Below are positions 47,793 to 55,684 of a DNA stretch of 64,000 nt, piece after piece. The first letter of the stretch is position 1; each line of letters begins with the position of its first letter. The position numbers and the translations under genes were made by a program. The notes under the pieces are model-generated. The model ran no database searches. It had not been told where the DNA came from and saw only the letters and a program-made list of their open reading frames with translations. The stretch covers positions 1-64,000 of the IMG/VR virus record IMGVR_UViG_3300027772_001865. One strand, 5' to 3'. Origin of the DNA: a virus. Lineage: Duplodnaviria; Caudoviricetes.

Positions 47793-49073
47793 ATGGACAA
47801 TAAAAGAGTTTTCCCAATTAACACCAACACAGGGTGTTTGTTAAAATGGGCATGGTCCACAGTGTTTCTTCGCCAGGGCACAAGTTCCAGTTGTCATAGA
47901 ACAGATCAAGCACCAATACCCCCAGGAGATTTTTCCAGTTTTCATAACTTGCCTAACAAAGTTGCCGCACGTGAATTGATGTTGCAAGGCGGTTGGCCAC
48001 AGGGCGGATGTCAGTATTGTGAAAAGATTGAAGCCGCAGGAGGCATGAGCGATCGGCAGTATCAACTGCATGCCGGACATGACCATGACCGTACTCCAAG
48101 AGAGCTACTTCAAGATCCCACACAAACAGAAGTTGTACCCACCATACTAGAAGTGTATTTTAACAATACCTGCAACATGAGTTGCTTGTACTGTGGTAGT
48201 CATTTTAGTTCAAAGTGGGAAGAAGAAAACAAAAGGTTTGGCATGTACGAGAACCAGCCCAAGACCGTGGCATTTGGCTGGGACACCAAACAACCAGACC
48301 TAGACTATGATAAGATGCTAGCTGATTTCTGGAAATATCTCCACGATAAAGATAGATATCTACACATTAGACAATATCAAATTGCTGGTGGCGAGCCATT
48401 TCATCAAGTGGAACTGGAAGCCAGTATAGACTTTTGGGATAATCATCCCAATCCAGAACTGACATTTAACTTCATTACCAATTTAAAAGTCACTCCCAAG
48501 AAGTTTCAATCCACAATTGACCGACTGGGTCGCATGGTTGATCAAGGCAAGCTCAAACGTGTGCAAATTAGTTCAAGCCTGGATGCCTGGGGACCGCAAC
48601 AGGAGTACGTGCGTTGGGGATTAGATTTGGCAGAGTGGCAGGAAAACTTTGAATATTGCCTGGACAAGCCATTTATTCAACAGTGTATCAATTCAGCCAT
48701 CAATCCATTGACTGTAAAAACCATGCCCGAGTTGATTCAGAAAATGAATGACTGGAATGATCGATGTTCAGACAACAAGCAAATTGCCTACAGCTTTATG
48801 ACTGTGATGGCACCAAATTGGATGGATCCTGCTATCTTTGGCGCAGGCGTGTTTGAACAAGACTTTGAACAAATACTTGCCGCCATGCGAGAAAACACTG
48901 ACATGGAACGCAGTGCCAAACATCACATGGAAGGCATTGGCCGACAAATTGCTGCCGCGCCACGCAACATCGAGTTGATTAACGGATTAAAAGATTATGT
49001 TACTGAACTTGATCGCCGCAGAGGAACCCAATGGCAGGAACTATTTCCCTGGCTTGATCAGGACTGGAAATAA
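47793..49073 (+). CDS. Radical SAM protein (domain 8), N-terminal twitch type
   Basis: GCLLKW...SSCHR...CQYCE, CNMSCLYC, and AGGEP. Confidence 0.9.
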   Translation: MDNKRVFPINTNTGCLLKWAWSTVFLRQGTSSSCHRTDQAPIPPGDFSSFHNLPNKVAARELMLQGGWPQGGCQYCEKIEAAGGMSDRQYQLHAGHDHDRTPRELLQDPTQTEVVPTILEVYFNNTCNMSCLYCGSHFSSKWEEENKRFGMYENQPKTVAFGWDTKQPDLDYDKMLADFWKYLHDKDRYLHIRQYQIAGGEPFHQVELEASIDFWDNHPNPELTFNFITNLKVTPKKFQSTIDRLGRMVDQGKLKRVQISSSLDAWGPQQEYVRWGLDLAEWQENFEYCLDKPFIQQCINSAINPLTVKTMPELIQKMNDWNDRCSDNKQIAYSFMTVMAPNWMDPAIFGAGVFEQDFEQILAAMRENTDMERSAKHHMEGIGRQIAAAPRNIELINGLKDYVTELDRRRGTQWQELFPWLDQDWK

Positions 49074-50341
49074 GGCGCCCACTCGGGCACAACATCTGTC
49101 AGCTTCTTTTTGCTCACAGTGTCTTCAAGTCGAATATGCTCAATGAACTGTGGCAGATAAGCAGGTTCATATGGTGTTGATTCTATCACACTGATCACAC
49201 GATCCACCAACTGGGTATAGTAAGTTTCATATATGGCCGTTGTGTTTGCAAAACGTTCTCGGCCTGCACGTAACCTACTCAGTGCAATTTCACGTAGCTC
49301 AGGAGGAACAGCACCTTGACCCAGGTGATCAACTCTAAACACAGGACTGATGTTGATAAAGCTACCAGCTACATCTTCAGGATTGTGCGGACCAAACCCT
49401 GACTCGTAACACCAGTTGATAAAGTCCATGGCACTGAACACATTTATACCAGTTAACACATAGTTAACAACTGTGCTGATGTATTCATGATCCATCAGTT
49501 CCAGGGCATTAACACTTAGGCTGGCCCATTTGGCACCTCTACGTTGGTACTCAATTACATCACCAATGCCATCAATGCTGACATTGTAGATGACCTGTTT
49601 GAACTTACGAAACTTTTCATCCAGTGCAGATGCACTGCTACTAGCATTTGTCAAAAGTGTAATGAGAATATTTTTGGCTAGATCTTTTTCTATTAGATAG
49701 TCCATTATTTCATGTACTTGGCTTTGCAGTGCAGTTTCACCGCCAGTGAAGTTGATCAATTGTACTTTGTCCAGCACTGAATAAAAGTCTGGATCAGCCA
49801 CATTGAGTACAATTTTTTCTTGTTTCTTCATCACTTGCACTTCAAATGTTTGACGCTTGCTAGATGCACCACCAGCACACATCACACAAGAATAGTTGCA
49901 GTAATTGCTGGGATAATAGTCCAGGGTAATAATGTCATGCACATTGTAGTCATCATTGATGATTTGGTAAACTTCTGACACAATGTCTGACTGCAAAAAC
50001 TGTGCAAGAAATTTATTATTCTGTTGCCTAGGGCTTGACACGCCAGACTTTTCGTTATAACTACAAGATCTGCAGTCATAGATGTCGTGAAACTTGTCTT
50101 GAATAAAATCTTGTCGCATTTGTTTCCATACTGGTGCATTGCGTGTGTCATGTATACTGTCGTTTGTGATGTTCCATTTGTTCATGTCATCGGCCATGAC
50201 AATACTGCAAGGACGCACACTGTTGGGCATGCCTTCTTGAGCAATGGGAATGACATTGTTGGTTTGATAAAAAGCCCCAAAGAATGGATACAAACAAATG
50301 TGCTCTCCTAATTCTTGATATATGTTGTCTAAGTCGTTCAT
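49058..50341 (-). CDS. Radical SAM protein (domain 9), N-terminal twitch type, divergent
   Basis: ICLYPF...VRPCS...CRSCSY, CNYSCVMC, and TGGET. Confidence 0.85.
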   Translation of the reverse strand: MNDLDNIYQELGEHICLYPFFGAFYQTNNVIPIAQEGMPNSVRPCSIVMADDMNKWNITNDSIHDTRNAPVWKQMRQDFIQDKFHDIYDCRSCSYNEKSGVSSPRQQNNKFLAQFLQSDIVSEVYQIINDDYNVHDIITLDYYPSNYCNYSCVMCAGGASSKRQTFEVQVMKKQEKIVLNVADPDFYSVLDKVQLINFTGGETALQSQVHEIMDYLIEKDLAKNILITLLTNASSSASALDEKFRKFKQVIYNVSIDGIGDVIEYQRRGAKWASLSVNALELMDHEYISTVVNYVLTGINVFSAMDFINWCYESGFGPHNPEDVAGSFINISPVFRVDHLGQGAVPPELREIALSRLRAGRERFANTTAIYETYYTQLVDRVISVIESTPYEPAYLPQFIEHIRLEDTVSKKKLTDVVPEWAPYFQS

Positions 50342-51396
50342 TGAATTCTTTCTTTACAAAGAGCAATCAAGCTGGGATTGAAATTGATTGTGCTATCGGG
50401 CACGTCTACATGTTGTTTATAAATTGCCAGTAGATTGTTTACAGTAACAGCATGAAGCTCATGATCAACATTGCCAATTACATCGTGTTCAGTATAATTA
50501 CTCCAGGTGCCCCAATCTTCTAACCTATTGATAACTCCTCGGAATTGATAGCGATAACACAGGTCTACAAAATTTTGCATGTCGTTGTAGTTGTCTTTTT
50601 GCAGGACAAATTTTAATAGTACTTCTGACTTGGTCTGATCACACAATGTTCTCAAGTAATCAAAGTTCTTGATTAGTTGTGTAAATGTTCCGCCAAGCCT
50701 CACTTGCTCGTACACCTCAGCTGACCCAGCATCTATACTGATAAAATACTGTGTGATGTTGTTAATAATAGGAGAATCAGTCAATTGCTTTTCTAACAAC
50801 AGCCCGTTTGTAAACAGTCTTATGGTTTGATTTTTCTTGGGTACAAATCTATGTATCAACGGGCGCATGATGTGGCTGGCCAATGGGTCACCATTTCCGG
50901 ACATTACTATGTGTATCGGGTGCTCAAACTTTTCCAGCATGTCCACCAGGTGGTTGACCTGTGCTAGTTTACGATCAAAATCGCTGCCACTGCTGAGCAT
51001 CACAGCAGATGGTCTGCAACTGGGGCATCGTAGATTACAGCTTTCATCTATGTTGATTGAAAGATAATAGTCCTGTTGATGCACAGATTTATCCAGTACA
51101 CCACACCGGTCTACAGCACAGTGAGTGAACTCTCCAGAATCTATGTCTTGTTGCAATAGTTTAGCAGACGGACTAACCCATACTTGATTTAGGTCAGTAA
51201 AATCAGATATGTTGCCCACTGATATTGGCAACCAAGCTTCGCATGAACACACAAAGCATTCTCCAGTCCAGTCTACCACAAGTTGAGTTGATGGAGCATT
51301 GCAATGATTGTTGATTTTTAATTTTAAATCTTTGTTTCTCAGTATTGATTTATAACTGTGTTGGTTTTGTATGGGAATAGTAAATTGATAACTCAT
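50338..51396 (-). CDS. Radical SAM protein (domain 10), N-terminal twitch type
   Basis: HCNAP...DWTGECFVCSC...GNI...CAVDRC, CNLRCPSC, and SGNGDP. The ATG at 51396 overlaps the upstream stop (the track start is 51411). Confidence 0.85.
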   Translation of the reverse strand: MSYQFTIPIQNQHSYKSILRNKDLKLKINNHCNAPSTQLVVDWTGECFVCSCEAWLPISVGNISDFTDLNQVWVSPSAKLLQQDIDSGEFTHCAVDRCGVLDKSVHQQDYYLSINIDESCNLRCPSCRPSAVMLSSGSDFDRKLAQVNHLVDMLEKFEHPIHIVMSGNGDPLASHIMRPLIHRFVPKKNQTIRLFTNGLLLEKQLTDSPIINNITQYFISIDAGSAEVYEQVRLGGTFTQLIKNFDYLRTLCDQTKSEVLLKFVLQKDNYNDMQNFVDLCYRYQFRGVINRLEDWGTWSNYTEHDVIGNVDHELHAVTVNNLLAIYKQHVDVPDSTINFNPSLIALCKERIQ

Positions 51397-52409
51397 TTGC
51401 ATCCCCCGCACATGTTGTTACATGCTACCAATCTGCCTTCAGCATACGTGGGTTTGTCCCAGGTCTTTTCAACTTGATCAAACCATTCTAAACATTCAGC
51501 CATGGTGTACTTCAATGCGTTGTTGCGTGATATCAGCGGACGCAGTTGTGTGTTGACCACATTGAGATAGTTGGCACTACCGTGCCCGTAAGTTTTAGGG
51601 TTGAATCCAAGATAGCAACACGGATACACTTCTCCAATGCTGTTGATATAAACTGTTTTGGTTTCAATGGCCTCACAAGAAATAGGAGTTTTAATTGGCT
51701 CAGGACATCCTGCAACATCTGCTATTGCATCAGGCCTAGCATACCGTTCATAAATGGTGTCAAAGTTTGTGAGATCTGTTGTGCCCATCACAAACACCAG
51801 TTTCTTATCAGAATCAAATACAGGTCCTACATTGCGTTTGTGATCAATCAATTCAAACCGTTCAAACCCCATGTCTATGCTGAGTTGCTCGGCTTGAGTT
51901 TGCTGATGTCTATTGTGATCAAAGTCAATCATTTTCCAAATGGCATGTCCGCCGGCAGCAATGAAAGTCTGTGCATTTCGAATCACAGTTGAATACATGG
52001 TATTGCGTCTGTATATGCTGTGAGTATCCTCTAATCCGTCTAGACAAAAATATACCACGGCTAGTTTGGCCAGCTGTGTCCAGAACACACGATCCCTGGC
52101 ACCGCCGTTGGTGTTTATAGTTATAAGAGCCTGATTGCCGAGATGTTGTTTGAAATATTCAAGTATTGGTATGGCGTCAAAGTTCATAACAATATCGCCG
52201 AAGTTACCATTTATTGTTATTTTATCAAGATGATTTAAAAACACAGGAGTGAATATCTTCTGTGCTTCTGCCAAGGTCATTGAGTGTTCTTCATAGCCAT
52301 CATTGTGCGGATATCCGCACAAGTTACGAGGACACTTGGGACATGCAGCATTGCACTCGCTGGATATTTCCAGATGTACTTTCCTAATGTCCTCTACTGC
52401 GTACAACAT
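51393..52409 (-). CDS. Radical SAM protein (domain 11), canonical order with C-terminal SPASM/twitch
   Basis: N-terminal HLEISSECNAACPKC. C-terminal ISC...YINSIGEVYPCCY...CNNMCGGC. Confidence 0.9.
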   Translation of the reverse strand: MLYAVEDIRKVHLEISSECNAACPKCPRNLCGYPHNDGYEEHSMTLAEAQKIFTPVFLNHLDKITINGNFGDIVMNFDAIPILEYFKQHLGNQALITINTNGGARDRVFWTQLAKLAVVYFCLDGLEDTHSIYRRNTMYSTVIRNAQTFIAAGGHAIWKMIDFDHNRHQQTQAEQLSIDMGFERFELIDHKRNVGPVFDSDKKLVFVMGTTDLTNFDTIYERYARPDAIADVAGCPEPIKTPISCEAIETKTVYINSIGEVYPCCYLGFNPKTYGHGSANYLNVVNTQLRPLISRNNALKYTMAECLEWFDQVEKTWDKPTYAEGRLVACNNMCGGCK

Positions 52410-52412
52410 GCT

Positions 52413-53438
52413 TTACAGGTATGTTTCTAGGCCGCCACGACGACGTAGATCTTGTGTACAGCAAGAGATGCCACCATCCCAGAAGTAGCTGTGGCGCAGT
52501 TCGCTGATGATGGGGTTAATTCTATGCTTTTTGCAATAGTCAAACACTTCTTTGTTGTATGAACTAAAGATAACGTTCTCTTCGTCTAGTGCCAAGCAGT
52601 TGACATCAAACACAGTTTCGGCAACAAAGCCGGTCCATTTGTTTAGATACTTGTCCACAAAGTCTGTAAACTCAGCAGTAGGAGTTTGCCCCTGTACGTA
52701 CCAAGCCCCTGGGCTTTGCTCGTACTTGAACTTGCCCACTTCCATGGCAGCCCAGATTGAGCTATCCCAGATCTTGCATACGTCCCAGCCCGGGAAGTCT
52801 TTGGCCAGATCCAAGTTAACATCGTGCTTGCTGGATAACAACACACCGGGCTTGAGAATAGCAAACACAGCATCGCCGTGACCGTCTGTGATAGCTTCGT
52901 GAATACGATAACCTTCGCCTAGTACATTGTCCACAATCCACTTGGTTTGATCAGGACGCAAAAAGTCTGAGTTGTCAAAAAACACATCACGACCCACACG
53001 CACAATACAACTGGCACTTGCACCGTTTAATATACAATCTTCGTCCCAGCGACTATTGTGTGGATTAACAACTTGATCACCAAAGTCGGCACAGATATCA
53101 TCCAGCTCTTCCATGTTGAGCACACGCAGTAGTTTGTCGCCTAATGTGATTTGCCAATCGCGTGGTGTCAGTGGCGGCAGCGGAGCACCTCCTCCTTCGG
53201 TCTGATGCCAGATAAACGAGTCTTTACCAGGCAAGTTAGGGCGACGTACTCGAGCACCGTACTTCTCAATTGTCTTGCTCAAGTTGTCAAGATCTTCTTC
53301 AGTTTCGGCAAGAATTTGTTGTAGTTGATTACGCACTTGAGCATTGTCAATGAAATCAAAGTAATCTGGTGAGTAGGCGCGACCCACAATGACCTCTTCA
53401 AGAGGTTGCCAGCTGGTGTAAGAGTTAATTTTGTTCAT
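52413..53438 (-). CDS. Amidinotransferase family protein (glycine/inosamine-phosphate amidinotransferase-like)
   Basis: NSYTSWQPLEEVIVGR, TPRD, RVGRDVF, GHGDAVF..LKPG, FDVN, and DGGISCCTQDLRR, which contains the catalytic Cys. Confidence 0.85.
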   Translation of the reverse strand: MNKINSYTSWQPLEEVIVGRAYSPDYFDFIDNAQVRNQLQQILAETEEDLDNLSKTIEKYGARVRRPNLPGKDSFIWHQTEGGGAPLPPLTPRDWQITLGDKLLRVLNMEELDDICADFGDQVVNPHNSRWDEDCILNGASASCIVRVGRDVFFDNSDFLRPDQTKWIVDNVLGEGYRIHEAITDGHGDAVFAILKPGVLLSSKHDVNLDLAKDFPGWDVCKIWDSSIWAAMEVGKFKYEQSPGAWYVQGQTPTAEFTDFVDKYLNKWTGFVAETVFDVNCLALDEENVIFSSYNKEVFDYCKKHRINPIISELRHSYFWDGGISCCTQDLRRRGGLETYL

Positions 53439-54579
53439 GTAAGTTCTTTAATAAAGTATTTAATCTGTCCAGTTTCGTGGATTGAAATAACTGCTGGTTG
53501 TGCAGTATATCATCACAACAGCGTAGGAACATGCCGTGTGGATCTTGTTGGATGAGTTCAAGAGTATGTTTTACTTTTAACCACCGTTTAGTGTTGTCAG
53601 TTTCTAAATCGTATGTGTTGTCCAATACACTATCAAATGTTCTGTAACCTAGATCACGTAGGCATTGCAAACTACCTGTGGGTGCAACTAACACAAATGG
53701 TTGTGCATTCTTTATGGGTTTGAATGTTTTTTCTGTCAGAAATGTGCCACCTGAACCATCAGCATCAAAGTGTGTTTCGATTACAACATTGAAGTATGCA
53801 TCTGTATAATGTTCAGGCACAGTGAGTGCATGGTTGTTGTGTTCATCCACTGTTAACGTATCGCATCGGTAGGGTCCGTTCTCTATGAATACATCTACAG
53901 CAACATTAGGCAGGCGTTCTATTGGATTGTCTGCAGGATTATCGCCTAAAGGTAGTTCAGTGTTGTAACTCCATAAACTCTGTGCCAACATATTACTTTG
54001 TAGCAGGTCTGCCATTACAACTGCTCGCCACCATTTGTGTGTTCTGCTTAGTGCAACAAATGTGTATGGTCTTGATCTAGTATGAAACTCAACAGGTGCT
54101 ACATACTGATTCCTGCGCCAAAACAACAATTCATGATCAGGAAAATACGCAAAGCCTGGAATTGATTTGGCCGCGGTGTTGCCTGAAACAAACCTATAGC
54201 AGTTGATAGACAAGTTATGTTGCGCACACAAGTAATCCAATCGTAGTTTGATGTTGTGCGGATTATCGCCTTCGTGATAGTAAAATATCACTGTGACCAG
54301 GCCTTGCTGAATTCTTTGCAGTAATGAGTCAGCAACAAGAGCAAAGTAATCAATAGCAAAATCAAAAAAACCCAAGCCAATTACATAATAGCCATTACCT
54401 TGGGTGATTAGATTGTATTGGTACCCATGATCGTCCATGTGCCCGAATAATTCTGCAGGAGTGGTGTGCGGCCAATGTTGTCCAAACTCTCTCCAGGCCT
54501 GTGTGTACGGTCTAGCTTGGTGTTGTGCTAGCGCAGGATACGGACGACCTTTAACAATTGAATCAGCTACGAAGTTCAT
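53425..54579 (-). CDS. GT10-like (TEK motif) glycosyltransferase candidate C
   Basis: FVALSRTHKWWR...FNVVIETHF...FLTEKTFKPIKNAQPFVL...LRDLGYRTFDSVLDNTYD. Confidence 0.5.
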   Translation of the reverse strand: MNFVADSIVKGRPYPALAQHQARPYTQAWREFGQHWPHTTPAELFGHMDDHGYQYNLITQGNGYYVIGLGFFDFAIDYFALVADSLLQRIQQGLVTVIFYYHEGDNPHNIKLRLDYLCAQHNLSINCYRFVSGNTAAKSIPGFAYFPDHELLFWRRNQYVAPVEFHTRSRPYTFVALSRTHKWWRAVVMADLLQSNMLAQSLWSYNTELPLGDNPADNPIERLPNVAVDVFIENGPYRCDTLTVDEHNNHALTVPEHYTDAYFNVVIETHFDADGSGGTFLTEKTFKPIKNAQPFVLVAPTGSLQCLRDLGYRTFDSVLDNTYDLETDNTKRWLKVKHTLELIQQDPHGMFLRCCDDILHNQQLFQSTKLDRLNTLLKNLHEQN

Positions 54580-55684
54580 TCAGCATGTTAATCAGTTCTG
54601 GCCACAGGATGTTTTCAAGACCATTGCCATAAAAGTGTTCAAAGTTGTGTTCTACAATTGGCAAGCAAGCGCGATGTATTTGTTGACGTTCTGCTACACT
54701 AAGATTATCTAGATCTTTAAGTAGTTTAGTAACCTTTTCAACACGCTTGATGTCATCCGTTTCTTCATCATAGCTTTCGTCAAATACATCACCAAAGGTT
54801 CGGAATCCATAATTACGCATGTACTCCAAACTGTGTGCAGGAGCTACCAACACAAACGGCATTTCTAATGCAATTGCTTTGAATGTTTTTTCGGTAATGT
54901 GCAGTCGTTTGCCAAAGTACACAGTCTCTGTAGGCACATACACCAAACTGTCTTGTGCTTCTGTGTAGTTGCCTAACCAGCACGATGTCATAATTTGTGT
55001 CTCTTCTCCAGCAAACAATCTTGGCAACTCTGCTGTCAAGAACACTTGCTCTATGTCAGGATATATGTTATTATACTTGAGTGCTATTTGCGAAATGTCC
55101 ACATGCTCATAAGGACATATTCTAGGAGCCGAAATATAATTGTTGTCTAATTCATGTTTGAATACATTATACAAAAACAAAACTCTATGATCGCGTTTGC
55201 CCGCAACAATACGATTTGGGCTCATGAACGTATGAGTAGGCGATCTATCAGCGGCCCTGGGAATCAGAAAAGTTTTGTCGTAGCCGCGAAACCAATCTTT
55301 GCATGCCCATCCGTGATAAAAGTAGTAATGAGGCTTCCAACCATATATATTATTAAGTTCGTCAACGTATTCTCCCCTTTCACTAACAATCACATGTCCA
55401 TTGACACCTCTGCTCTCTGCGTTAGGCGGTTTGCTCCAATATTGAAGATCTTCAGTCCTAAGTTTAACATCGTCAAACAGCGATTTATGAAGATCCAGGT
55501 GTATGGGTTCTTGATCATGCAAAAATACAAAATCAATTTCTTGAATATCATCTCTACCGTAGTTGAACAATGCATCCGGGTCACTGCGTCCTGGCGGATC
55601 ACAAAAAAATGTTCTGGTGCCAGGGATGTGTTGATTAATCCAGGGCCAAAAGGTATTATTATAAATTTCGTCTATTCTAATCAT
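54563..55684 (-). CDS. GT10-like (TEK motif) glycosyltransferase candidate D
   Basis: FMSPNRIVAGKRDHR...YVPTETVY...HITEKTFKAIALEMPFVL...MRNYGFRTFGDVFDESYD. Confidence 0.5.
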   Translation of the reverse strand: MIRIDEIYNNTFWPWINQHIPGTRTFFCDPPGRSDPDALFNYGRDDIQEIDFVFLHDQEPIHLDLHKSLFDDVKLRTEDLQYWSKPPNAESRGVNGHVIVSERGEYVDELNNIYGWKPHYYFYHGWACKDWFRGYDKTFLIPRAADRSPTHTFMSPNRIVAGKRDHRVLFLYNVFKHELDNNYISAPRICPYEHVDISQIALKYNNIYPDIEQVFLTAELPRLFAGEETQIMTSCWLGNYTEAQDSLVYVPTETVYFGKRLHITEKTFKAIALEMPFVLVAPAHSLEYMRNYGFRTFGDVFDESYDEETDDIKRVEKVTKLLKDLDNLSVAERQQIHRACLPIVEHNFEHFYGNGLENILWPELINMLNELRS

